The notes under the pieces: generated by a model
Told to the model about the DNA's origin: nothing
Databases searched by the model: none
Seen by the model: the letters and a program-made list of their open reading frames with translations, nothing else
In this document: piece by piece, positions 10,723 through 21,890 of the stretch
Numbering within the stretch: the first letter of the stretch is position 1
Layout: the number at the start of each line of letters is the position of its first letter
Program-made: the position numbers and the translations under genes
NCBI RefSeq assembly: GCF_001194135.2
Contig: NC_068986.1
Span: 90,540,739-90,604,738 of the forward strand
Length of the DNA: 64,000 nucleotides
Direction: 5' to 3'
DNA from: Octopus bimaculoides
Lineage: Eukaryota

Positions 10723-11104
10723 TTTATTAAGGAAAGAACACTTACTGTGATGTTCATAGAAAAAAAGCCTGCTTGGTTACTCTTGTACTTAATACCACAT
10801 ATTACCTTGCATTTGTTCCACTCAACCATTATTCAAATGTCAATTTAATAACATAGCTTATCATATACTATTGCCTGTATATTACATAATATGGTGACAG
10901 CAGTAGTGCTTAATTATAAATTTTTCATATTTATATTTCAATGCTTCATATTTGATTATTTAGCTCCTACTGATCATTTTCATTTTCTCCCAACTCCCTT
11001 TATCCTACTAGATGTAAGTAGCCAAGCAGATCCCTCTTCAAGAACCTACTCCCCCCCGACTTGGGGTTGTGTAAGCTGCATTGCAACCTCAATAGTACAG
11101 GCAG

Positions 11105-11280
11105 CACAAAAGAAGCTCCTGGTCCTCACTGTAAAGTGGTTGGCATTAGGAAGGGTATCCAGCCATAAAAACCATACCAAAGCAGACATTGGCTATTGAT
11201 GCTGTCCTTGGACACATCAAAGCCTATCAAATTGTCCAACCCATGCCAGCATGGAAAATGGATGTTAAACAATGATGAAG
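11105..11280 (+). mobile_element. RTE-type 3' tail fragment
   Basis: GGTTGGCATTAGGAAGGGTATCCAGCC...CCCATGCCAGCATGGAAAATGGATGTTAAACAATGATG. Confidence 0.75.
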
Positions 11281-11555
11281 AATAAACACTACTTCTTGAT
11301 TGGATAAACCTGTTATTCCTTGACTGAATGTTATAATTTCTCTTATTTAACTCATTGTTTTTCTATACATATTCATAGATAATTTTATAAGGAAACTTTA
11401 CAGGAATATATCTCAAAACCCTACTGTTTGATTTTGTTTGCTTTATGAAACTTCTATCATTTAGAAATCTGTTGGGAGTTAGGCTTTTGAAATAGTTTAT
11501 AAAATGAATTACATCCCTGGTATTTAGTCAAGGTTTTTTAATATATTATTAAGTA

Positions 11556-12308
11556 GGCGCAGGAGTGGCTGTGTGGNNNNNNNNNNNNNNNNNNNNNNNN
11601 NNNNNNNNNNNNNNNNNNNNNNNNNNNNNNNNNNNNNNNNNNNNNNNNNNNNNNNNNNNNNNNNNNNNNNNNNNNNNNNNNNNNNNNNNNNNNNNNNNNN
11701 NNNNNNNNNNNNNNNNNNNNNNNNNNNNNNNNNNNNNNNNNNNNNNNNNNNNNNNNNNNNNNNNNNNNNNNNNNNNNNNNNNNNNNNNNNNNNNNNNNNN
11801 NNNNNNNNNNNNNNNNNNNNNNNNNNNNNNNNNNNNNNNNNNNNNNNNNNNNNNNNNNNNNNNNNNNNNNNNNNNNNNNNNNNNNNNNNNNNNNNNNNNN
11901 NNNNNNNNNNNNNNNNNNNNNNNNNNNNNNNNNNNNNNNNNNNNNNNNNNNNNNNNNNNNNNNNNNNNNNNNNNNNNNNNNNNNNNNNNNNNNNNNNNNN
12001 NNNNNNNNNNNNNNNNNNNNNNNNNNNNNNNNNNNNNNNNNNNNNNNNNNNNNNNNNNNNNNNNNNNNNNNNNNNNNNNNNNNNNNNNNNNNNNNNNNNN
12101 NNNNNNNNNNNNNNNNNNNNNNNNNNNNNNNNNNNNNNNNNNNNNNNNNNNNNNNNNNNNNNNNNNNAGGGGTATCCAGCTGTAGAAACTCTGCCAAATC
12201 AGACTGGAGCCTGGTGTAGCCATCTGGTTCACCAGTCCTCAGTCAAATCGTCCAACCCATGCTAGCATGGAAAGCAGACGTTAAATGATGATGATGATGA
12301 TGATGATG

Positions 12309-12340
<32 letters not shown>

Positions 12341-12530
12341 CTGTGTTTGTTCCCCTAGCATTGCTTGACAACCGATGCTGGTGTGTTTATGTTCCCGTCA
12401 CTTAGTTCGGCAAAAGAGATCGATAGAATAAGTACTAGGCTTACGAAGAATAAGTCCCGGGGTCGATTTGCTCGACTAAAGGTGGTGCTCCAGCATGGCC
12501 ACAGTCAAATGACTGAAACAAATAAAAGAG
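11556..12530 (+). mobile_element. SINE A head + gap + family-B tail + (AT)/(GT) + SINE A tail (nested or composite)
   Basis: GGCGCAGGAGTGGCTGTGTGG at 11556, N gap 11577-12167, B tail 12168-12310, A tail about 12335-12530. Confidence 0.75.
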
Positions 12531-12859
12531 TATTAGTAATTAGTAGCTGTATTTGTGTTGTCTGGGTTAAAATTTTCAATACCAATCTTATTGAAACTGC
12601 TTTTGGGACTGCATATTTAAAGGGCTACTTGATGTATCATTAACCCACGAAAAAAAAAGAGTTAAACTATAGAGTCATTGTTATGATTATATAATTAAAG
12701 CAACTCTATATGTATGTAATTTGGGATTGAATTATGATTTGCCTTGTTAAGATTTAACCAATTTCAGATGAATTGCTAAACATTTGTCATCCAATGACAT
12801 GAGTTGTCAAGGCAGACACAGCTTCAATGAATAAAAAAGTTAATGATACACACAGTATA

Positions 12860-13010
12860 GGCGCAGGAGTGGCTGTGTGCTAAGTAGCTTGCTTACCAAC
12901 CACATGGTTCCAGGTTCAGTCCCACTACNNNNNNNNNNGGCAAAAGGGACCGTTAGAATAAGTACTAGGCTTACAAAGAATAAATCCCGGGGTCGATTTG
13001 CTCGACTAAA
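12860..13010 (+). mobile_element. SINE A (gapped)
   Basis: Head GGCGCAGGAGTGGCTGTGTG...GGTTCAGTCCCAC, 10-N gap, then tail AGAATAAGTACTAGGCTTACAAAG. Confidence 0.8.
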
Positions 13011-13420
13011 GATATGTTACCTGAATAAAAAAAATAAATAACCAGGATGCTTTTAATCATAGGTTTGCTCAGTTAGGGCTGACTGGGAGCTAAACTAAAT
13101 TACCTATTAGTTGTGTTAGCCCTATTCCAAATGTAGAAGCAGTATTGCATTGTGGGTATTTCCTGTGCCTTGTGAAGGGTTAACAGTTGTTGGGTGATAA
13201 AGTATTTTCTGATTTTGAAGAGTAAGAGCAGCTTTTGTCAAGATAGTGCTTGTTACATTGAGGATGTGCTTTCAAATGGAAGGATTCTTAACTCTTTCTT
13301 TACTTAGTAATAGCGTTGCACTGCCTTCTAGGTTATAATCGATTATATTAACCCCAGAAGCATAAAAGTGGATTTGAAGGAAAGCACTCATGCTCACAAG
13401 CCATATAGAGTTAAACTATA

Positions 13421-13512
13421 GTAGAAGACGCCCAAGGTGCCACGCAGTGGGACTGAACCTGGAACCATGTGGTTGGTAAGCAAGCTACTTACCACACAGC
13501 CACTCCTGCACC
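13421..13512 (-). mobile_element. SINE A head fragment
   Basis: Reverse complement of the family-A head. Confidence 0.8.
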
Positions 13513-13619
13513 TATATATAACTTGTATTGAAGAATTCCTTTCATTAGTTGTCAATTTGAGATCACAATAATTCAGGCACCTTTTGACAGTAATTACTCC
13601 AACAGTACAGAACAGCATT

Positions 13620-13627
13620 GCCTGTCG

Positions 13628-13660
<33 letters not shown>

Positions 13661-13855
13661 CTGTGTTTGTCCCCCCAACATCGCTTGACAACCGATGCTG
13701 GTGTGTTTACGTCCCCGTAACTTAGCAGTTTGGCAAAAGAGACCAATAGACTAAGTACTAGGCTTACAAAGAATAAGTCCTGGGGTCGATCTGCTCAACT
13801 AAAGGCGGTGCTCCAGCATGGCTGCAGTCAAATGACTGAAACAAGTAAAAGAGAG
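13620..13855 (+). mobile_element. SINE A 3' half
   Basis: (TA)n spacer followed by the complete tail ending CTGAAACAAGTAAAAGAG. Confidence 0.85.
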
Positions 13856-14539
13856 TATAAGATATAATATAACATACAGAGGGTTATTTTAGCTCTATTT
13901 GACTTTACTGACAACCATTTCCAATTAGTGAAGAGATGCTAAGATAAGCACCAAATTTGTTTTCCTATCTTTCATATTACCATGCTCATTCACTACTTCA
14001 CATTCTAATATGTTACATCTGCTCTTTTTGATATGCTCCTGTTCTTTTGAATATTTTTCTCTCCTAGTTTGGGGTTTATGATGTGCAAACTCAGCCCCAC
14101 TTTCTCCACCTATACTGAAAATCTTTTTTCTCTTCTTCGATAAGTAAAAAGCTTCTGTAACTGTCAGAGATCATATTGCTTCATGTACCAGCCACAGTTT
14201 CTACATCAGCATGCTGTCAATGATGGTAAAAAAAAAAATCATAGCAAACACTCATAACACTAGTAATGTTAACAACATTAGAAACATTTATTATTTATTG
14301 ATAATAGTTGTAAGCTACAACTTTGGTGGCAGAATTAGCGAGTGTTGAATGAATAAATAGATAGTGGCAAACTAAATGGGAAGGCATGTAATAATCTCTG
14401 TTAATCTACCATCTGCTGGCAAACTGACACAACGTTTCTTATTCTTCACTGGTGCAAATGTCGTCAAGTAGTTATGGAGCAACAAGCAAACACTCTTCCC
14501 ACCAAAGATATATCCTCTCTTTCAGTACATTTCGAAATT

Positions 14540-16030
14540 TTAGGGGTGCAACCATAAACACAAGGGCGATGAAATGTGGGTCTGGTGCGATCGTAGAAGC
14601 ACTGAGTGGAGACGAATGGATTTGTGCTGTTTGCAAAAGGTAAGATGGAAAAGGTCCTCATCCAAAATACTCACAGGTAGAGGAAGCAAAATAAATTCTT
14701 CTGGGTGAGTAGTTATAACAGCAAGGGTGGAGTAGGCATACTGCCTGCTGAAAATGAAAAAGTAATTGAGGTAGTCAGGGTGTGCAAATAAGATAATTAA
14801 ACTGGGACTAGTTATAGGCAACTTGACAGCGATCATTATCTTTGTACTGGCCCACAAATGGAATTGATAGAGAGACCACTTCAATGAGACCTTTCTGTAG
14901 ACTAATGATTGACAGCAATTTCATCATGGCTGGTGACTTGAAAGGACATGTTAGTCCTGATTGAGGACTTCTTTGATACACATGGATATGATTCAAGTAA
15001 TGTAGATGGTATAAAGCTTCTAGAGTTCTGTGATGTAACTGATCTAACAATTTGCGAAACACAATTCAGGAGATGAGCTAACCATCTCATTACCTACTAA
15101 TAATCTAGTGTACCCACAAGTCAGATTACCTTTTCACCAGGAAACTGGACAATAGGGTCATTGTAAATATCAAAACCTTTCCTGGTGTAGAACGCACTAC
15201 ACATAATAGTTTAGTAGTTGGTGACTTCACAATCAGAGTGAGGCAGACAAACAAAAGACGATGTGGAAAATAAAGGATTCTGCAATTGGGAATAGATTTA
15301 CAGAAATTCTAATTGAGGCATATGGCCATAAGGAGAAATGTTTAGAAACCTATAGCATAGATGACAATGGAATTTTTATGAAACAGCCTACTTAAGGCTA
15401 TAGACATGTAGATGGCGTAAAACCCCAACCAAGCCGAGAGTAACGATGATGAATTTGGTATGTGGGCAGGAATCCATCCATTTCAGTACTCAGTGCTCAC
15501 CAGTTCATCTCTACAAGCCATCCAAGAAACGCTAAGACTGAATGTCTCTAGGAACGACGAAGCTGATGATCTATTTCTCATAGCTGAATTTATAGGAGAA
15601 TCAGAATAGAAATTCCAGTTAGAAAAACTAGACCTAGACACAAGGGCTCTTAGTTTGAACTTAGCAATTATGAAAGATTTTAGCAAGTGGGAAAGAAGAC
15701 AGGATTTTGGTATCGTCTGAGAAACGGCCTTGCTCTATATGTAGAAAGAGTGTAGTTCCATGTGCTTACCCATTGCAAACTATGGACACACAAAAGGTGT
15801 ATTGGAGTCACAGGCAAACTAACAGAGTATGTAAACTTCAAATGTGATAAATGCACTGGAGTATTATGAATACACAGGAAAAGAATTTTCTTAAATACCC
15901 GGATGCCTCACTAGAAGTAGTGGACAGCTTTTGTTACCAAAAAGAGATGTAATTAGCAGGGAGGGGCTTGTTCTGAAAGTATAGCATTTGGGGTAAGAAT
16001 GGGCTGAAAAAAGTTCAGTGTACTACAACC
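14540..16030 (+). mobile_element. RTE-clade LINE remnant (APE endonuclease + RT 3' part), internally deleted
   Basis: APE motifs KVRWK, GGVGIL, MAGDLKGHV, KLLEFCD..DLTICETQF and KTFPG. The sequence then jumps to EADDLFLIAE (YADD), a PHD-like finger at 15731-15854 and SLEVVDSFCY. Confidence 0.85.
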
Positions 16031-16640
16031 AGCATTTACCTCTTTATAAGTTTTAATTCTATCAAAGTGCTTAGACTTTTCATTCTACTTATCTTATAGT
16101 CCTCCATATGCCTCTTTCCCAACTCTTTCTCTTCATCTCACTACCTCATGCATACAGATGATCTGTTTACATACACTACCTCAGATTATATGTAATCTAC
16201 ACTGTGTTTGGTCGTCTGATGTTACCTGGAACTCGGCTGAATGTTTTTACAAACAAAACCTAATAGGAGAAAATTTTCTCTGAGACAAAATCCTACAGCA
16301 AGTACCATTCACATTTCAGTGTACAAGAATGTGTTAAATATAAAAGTACACGTCTTTTTTTTTTATCATCACTGCTTCGTGTGCTTATACTAAACTAATT
16401 CCAGCTTGGCAAGCTTCATTACACACCAGTAAATGCATTGTTTGCTGTTTTCTTATAGGAACATAAGTTCTGGCTCAAATCCAGATGATAAAGAAAATAT
16501 TTACCACTGAGTTTGAGAAATCACGCTGAAAAACTGTGTCCAATAGTCGGCTGATGTCACTTGGGGCTCAGCTTCACATTTTTTCAGACAGATTTTTCTT
16601 TGAGACAAAATTCTACAGCTCATGCTTTTCACGTCCTAGT

Positions 16641-16986
16641 AGATGTGGCTGTGTGGTAAGTAGATTGCTTACCAACCACATAATTCCGGGTTCAGTCCCA
16701 CTGCGTGGCACCTTGGGCAAGTGTCTTCTACTATAGCCTTGGGCCAACCAAAGCCTTGTGAGTGGATTTGGCAGACGGAAACTGAAAGAAGCCCGTCGTA
16801 TATATGTATGTGTTTGTCCCCTCAACATCGCTTGACAACCGATGCTGGTGTGTTTACGTCCTCGTAACTTAGCGGTTCGGCAAAAAGAGACTAGGCTTAC
16901 AAAGAATAAGTCCTGGGGTCGATTTGCTCGACTAAAGGCGGTGCTCCAGCATCGCCGCAGTCAAATGACCGAAACAAGTAAAAGAG
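16641..16986 (+). mobile_element. SINE A, near full length
   Basis: Head, short (TA) spacer and tail all present. Confidence 0.9.
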
Positions 16987-17424
16987 TAGATCTTTATTTT
17001 GATCCCTCCTGTTTCCTTTGCTTACATTACACCACGCGTGCGGGCGATGAACACACAGAGAGGCATACATAAATACACATGAAAATGCCGTTTTCATTGC
17101 ACTCAGTATCTTGTTTGGCAAAAAACCTTCCTTTTGCCGACGCTATTCATTTATATATTTGTATTCCCACTTTAAATCTTCTCGTTTGTCTCAGCATCAA
17201 GTAATGTTTCTTCCCTTTTCTCTGTATCTGTGCACAATACCAAATCTCTCTCTCTCTCTCTTTTTCTTCACACATCACTTAGGAATCTCTCTCCTCTCGT
17301 AATACTGTATTTCCTGCGCTCTATTCATGCAACACTAAATTCTCTCTCTCCAAAGTAGGTTATAATATCTCCAATTTTTTTGAACAGGTCTTGCAACCAT
17401 TAAGTCATTTAAAAAAAGGCTGCA

Positions 17425-17620
17425 AGCCGGACAAAATGCTTAGTGGTATTTCTTCCGAATTTTACTTTTTTTGAATTCAACTGTCGCCGAGGTCGACTTT
17501 GCCTTTCATCTTTTGGGACCGATAAAATATGTATCAGCTGAGCACTGAGGCCGATGTAACCAAATAGCCCCACCCCACAAAATCTCAGACCTTGTGACTA
17601 TAGAAGAAAGAAAAGCAAAA
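17425..17620 (+). mobile_element. tRNA-derived SINE, family D (degraded)
   Basis: GCCGAGGTCGACTTTGCCTTTCATC...CGATAAAAT motif shared with 28390-28623. Confidence 0.7.
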
Positions 17621-17761
17621 GATAATCACTTAAAAAATTTTTAAAAAGACCCACCAAATTGAACACAAGATTGGGCAGAATNNNNNNNNNNGTTGTTCTT
17701 TATTTTCAGAGTTCAAACCTCCTCGAGGTCAACTTTGTTGTTTATCTTTTCAAGGTCGACA

Positions 17762-18129
17762 GGCTGGCACTCCGTCGGTTATGACGACGAGGGTTCCAGT
17801 TGATCCGATCAACGGAACAGCCTGCTCGTGAAATTAACGTGCAAGTGGCTGAGCATTCCACAGACACGTGTACCCTTAACGTAGTTCTCGGGGATATTCA
17901 GCGTGACACAGTGTGACAAGGCTGACCCTTCGAATTACAGGCACAACAGAAACAGGAAGTAAGAATGAGAGAAAGTTGTGGTGGAAGAATACAGTAGGGT
18001 TCGCCACCATCCCCTGCCGGAGCCTCGTGGAGCTTCAGGTGTTTTCGCTCAATAAACACTCAAAACGCCCGGTCTGGGAATCGAAACCACGAGTCCGCTG
18101 CCCTAACCATTGGTCCATTGTGCCTCCAC
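17762..18129 (-). mobile_element. SINE C inserted into a family-D SINE, 12-bp TSD
   Basis: Reverse complement of 8054-8420. TCAAGGTCGACA is duplicated at 17750-17761 and 18130-18141. Confidence 0.9.
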
Positions 18130-18273
18130 TCAAGGTCGACAAAATAAGTACCAACCAACAACCGGCATTGGTTTAAGATTCTTATATAACATCTCAGATG
18201 TGAAAACGTAAATAGAATGGTAAGGGATGACTAACCGAGTATTTATGTCAGCTGTGTTAGCGTTTATCAATTC

Positions 18274-18310
18274 GTTTTGGCTGTACTTCCGGTCAGCCAT
18301 AACACGCTGT
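18274..18310 (+). promoter_or_regulatory. Conserved ETS/YY1-like promoter block, putative promoter of ZNF gene 2
   Basis: 31/37 identical to 2100-2136. Contains ACTTCCGG (canonical ETS) followed by TCAGCCAT. Confidence 0.55.
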
Positions 18311-18388
18311 CTTCACAAGATTGAGGGAACGTGAAGTGGACTCTAGTGATTATTTACAATTTAGAAACAGTTCGGTAGGATCTAAAAG

Positions 18389-18394
18389 GTATGT
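18389..18394 (+). other. Candidate splice donor of a non-coding first exon (ZNF gene 2)
   Basis: AAAG|GTATGT about 80 bp downstream of the conserved block. Confidence 0.45.
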
Positions 18395-18689
18395 GTTGCT
18401 CTTGGGTTATGATGAATTATAAAGAAGAAGAAAGTGAGAAGCTTGAAGCAAGTTAAGCTCTGTTGTCGACTGTTGCTGTGAATTGATGCTGGATGTTGTT
18501 GACTCGCTCCAGGTCAGTTCTGATCGAATAGATCGAAGATCGAAGGCGTGACAATAATTGTTCTCTGTATAAGTTTGTTTTGAAGGTAATTTAGCTGCCT
18601 TTTCTAGCTGGTCGAAAAGCCACATAGAGGCTCCTCCGTTAGCTGGTAGCTTGCACATGTTAATTACTGTTGCCTGTTTGAATCCTGTG

Positions 18690-19050
18690 TTGTGAAGATA
18701 GAGTATTTAGTGTTAAGCGAGGACAGAGAGCGAGAACCTTTATTTAATTACATATATATAGAAAAAGAGAGAGAGATTATTTAGTGTTGTGAAGAGAGAG
18801 GGAGAGAGAGACACACACATTAAGTATGTGAATACAGAGATTATTTACTGTAGTATGAAGACCAGGAGAGAAAGAAAGGCATTGTTTAGTGCTATGTGAA
18901 GACATTATTTAGTGACATGTAAAGAAAGAGAAGAGGATATTACTTTTAATGTTGTGTGAAGACAGAGAAGAGAGAGAGATTGTTTTTATTGTTGTGTGAA
19001 GGTGGAGAGAAACACTTAGATATGTGTGAAAACTGCGACTGTATGAAGAC
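18690..19050. repeat. Degenerate GA-rich minisatellite
   Basis: Recurring GAGAGATTATTTAGTGTTGTGAAGA-like units. Confidence 0.6.
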
Positions 19051-19534
19051 ATAATATTGTGTCATTTGTTTAGCTTAAGTTCTAAATATACACCTATGAT
19101 ATCAAAAGGCATTCCAACCGTGACTATCTCATCTTTTTGATTTTAGGCACAGTTATTATTAAGTTGATTCTGCAGCTTTGTGGTTTCTGGTTTAATTCCA
19201 CTGCAACATCTTGCATTGGTGGCAGTTTTAAACTAGAAGAATCCCAACTCTGAGAGCTCCTGCATGGTCGCCTGACATGCCGAAAATAGTAGCCAAGTTC
19301 CTTCGTATTATACACTACTGTCTTAAAAAAAAGATTGGATGACATGCTTGGAATGCCTTACATGTCTGCTCTGTCAGGGCTGACCACAGCTAAACGACTC
19401 CATAAAGACGACAATTTGCATTTGTTATTAGTCTTTCACAGGACAGTTATATATTTTTAAGCTCCTCAAGTTTCAAGATCTTAATTTACCAATTTAATTT
19501 TATGTCACAGTTCATTTGAAACTATTTTTGACTG

Positions 19535-19785
19535 TGCAGGTGACACGTAAAAGACACCATTTCGAGCGTGGCCGTCGCCAGTACCCGCCTGACTGGCCCT
19601 CGTGCCGGTGGCACGTAAAAGCACCCACTACACTCTCGGAGCGGTTAGCGTTAGGAAGGGCATCCAGCTGTAGAAACTCTGCCAAATCAGATTGGAACCT
19701 GGTGTCACCTCCTGGTCCACCAGTCCTCAGTTAAATCGTCCAACCCATGCTAGCATGGAAAGCGGACGTTAAACGACGATGATTG
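19535..19785 (+). mobile_element. SINE/LINE-tail family B
   Basis: Same body and tail as 4481-4710. Confidence 0.85.
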
Positions 19786-20201
19786 AAGCAAAATGACAAT
19801 GAAGGTTTTACAAAACTATACACTAGATATATGGTTAGTGAGAGCAGACCAATAATTTAAGATAGTTGCCTGAGTTTGGAATGGACTACATTATCTGATG
19901 TGTCCTGCTTTTTAGAAGTTGATGTGTGATTTAAGGATAGGTTGGCTTCTATTTTTTGGAGATCTAATGACTCCATAGAAGCCCCCATTTCTGCTTGCTG
20001 TTGCAAAGTTCCATTTGAAACAAGCAGACATTCTTTACATTGCTATATGCAAAATATAGACTTGAGTTAAGAAATTTATTTTGTATATATGTTTCTTTAA
20101 TGACACTGACAGAAATATTTATTTAGATAAATATCTTGTTTTTACTCTTGGCCAACACTGATCTTCAGATCCATGATCAAAGACCTAGTTTCACTCATTT
20201 G

Positions 20202-20450
20202 TGGAGGCGCATGGCTTAGTGGTTAGGGTGTTAGGGTCATGACTGTAAGATTGTGTTTTCGATTCCTGGACCAGGCAACACATTGTGTTCATGAGCGAAA
20301 CACTTCATTTCATGTTGCTACAGTTCACTCAGCTGGCAAAAATGAGTAATCCTGTGACAGGCCAGCTTCCTGTCCAGACGGGGGAATTTACATGCCAGGA
20401 AACCCAGAAACTGGCCCTTATGACTTTGCATGACTTGAGAAGATAACTTC
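20202..20450 (+). mobile_element. tRNA-derived SINE, family E (CORE/V-like central domain)
   Basis: GTGGAGGCGCATGGCTTAGTGG...TTCGATTCC head, then TGTGTTCATGAGCGAAACACTTCATTTCATGTTGC..CACTCAGCTG. Confidence 0.7.
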
Positions 20451-20590
20451 ATCTCATGTTGCTGTAGTTCACTCTTTCTAACAAGTTAAAAATGAATTAA
20501 AAATACTTTCAGTTCAGTTCTTTTTGAAATCAAAAGTAAATTAAAACTAACTATTTCTAATTTCACACTTTTTAATGTTATATTGTTTAA

Positions 20591-20616
20591 CTGACAATAG
20601 TTTTGTTGTATTTCAG
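20591..20616 (+). other. Branch point and splice acceptor of the ZNF gene 2 coding exon
   Basis: CTGAC followed by TTTTGTTGTATTTCAG|, about 190 bp upstream of the ATG. Confidence 0.55.
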
Positions 20617-20808
20617 GAAATTTTCCTGTAATGAAAAGCTGATTTCAAAGAAAGATGTTCTCTGTTTATATACTGTGAGAGAAAAAAAAAATTAAATTTA
20701 AATGTTGAAAATGAAAAATGGAGCTTCCTTGAGACCAATTTCTCTTCCTTGGCATAGCAATAAGAAAAGATGAATATATTATATCATTGTGATTGCTGAT
20801 GTGAATCC

Positions 20809-21543
20809 ATGAGAAAATATATCAAGATAATGGAGGACATGATTGATACACGGGAGAGACCTTTTCACTGTGATATTTGTGATAAAAGATTTTTACGGAT
20901 AACTCATTTGACTGAACATATAAGGACTCACACGGGAGCAAAACCATACAGCTGTGAGGTTTGTGGGAAAGGGTTTTTATATATTTCACACTTAACTGAA
21001 CATATTCGAACTCACACAGGAGATAAATCATTCTCTTGTGAAATTTGTGGGAAAGCATTTGCAAGGAAAGATTGTCTACGTAATCATAAGGCAACTCACT
21101 CCAATGAGAAACCACACCACTGTGAAATTTGTGGTAAAGCATTCACAAAGAAATATTACCTACGTAACCATCAAGCAATCCACAGTGTAGAAAAGACCCA
21201 CTATTGTGAAATCTGTGGTAAAGCATTCACATGTAGAGGCTACCTTTCAAAACATAAACTGGTTCACACAGGACAGAGACCTTATAAATGTGACACATGT
21301 GGTAAAGAATTCTTACAAAATGCTAATTTAAAAACCCATAAATTAACTCATACAGGTGTAAAACCCTATCCCTGTGAAACCTGTACTAAAACGTTTTCAT
21401 CAAAAAGTGACTTAAAAAAGCATGAATTGGTTCATACAGGAGAGAAACCATTCCACTGTGAAATCTGTGGAAAAGCATTTTCAATTAAAAGTAATCTGAA
21501 GAAACATAAATTTATTCATATTAAAGAGACTTTGGCTCAGTAA
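20809..21543 (+). CDS. Tandem C2H2 zinc-finger protein, 244 aa, 8 fingers, no effector domain visible
   Basis: Eight canonical C-x2-C-x12-H-x3-H units with TGEKP-like linkers. The start could be any of three Mets. Confidence 0.93.
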   Translation: MRKYIKIMEDMIDTRERPFHCDICDKRFLRITHLTEHIRTHTGAKPYSCEVCGKGFLYISHLTEHIRTHTGDKSFSCEICGKAFARKDCLRNHKATHSNEKPHHCEICGKAFTKKYYLRNHQAIHSVEKTHYCEICGKAFTCRGYLSKHKLVHTGQRPYKCDTCGKEFLQNANLKTHKLTHTGVKPYPCETCTKTFSSKSDLKKHELVHTGEKPFHCEICGKAFSIKSNLKKHKFIHIKETLAQ

Positions 21544-21579
21544 TGATTGTGGAAAACTAACCAGTGTGATATATGCTTT

Positions 21580-21890
21580 AACAGATACTATATGATGTGT
21601 TATGAAGGATAACATACTGTATAGTGTGTTTTAAGAGAGAATAGACAGTATATATTGTGTTATATAACATACCGTGTAGTTTGCTATATGAGCTGATAGA
21701 CACTATATATTATATAACGATTACTATGTAGTGTGTTATGACATCATAAATACTATGTAGTGTGCTATATGATATAATAGATACGACATAGTAAGTTATA
21801 TAGAATGACAGATACTATACTGTATGTTATATGAAATAACATAGGATGAGTTATGTGGGAATGTGCATAGTGTGTTATATGGAATAATTG
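21580..21890. repeat. Degenerate ~30-bp minisatellite just downstream of ZNF gene 2
   Basis: Repeats of about GACAGATACTATGTAGTGTGTTATATGA. Confidence 0.65.

Noticed and set aside
13421-13855. Inverted SINE A (head on minus, tail on plus) as a twin-priming product
   Set aside because: About 105 bp of unrelated sequence separates the parts and no TSD is visible; two independent fragments explain it equally well.
18690-21890. Spaced repeats as a CRISPR-like array
   Set aside because: Units are degenerate with no constant repeat/unique spacer pattern and no cas genes. The context is eukaryotic.
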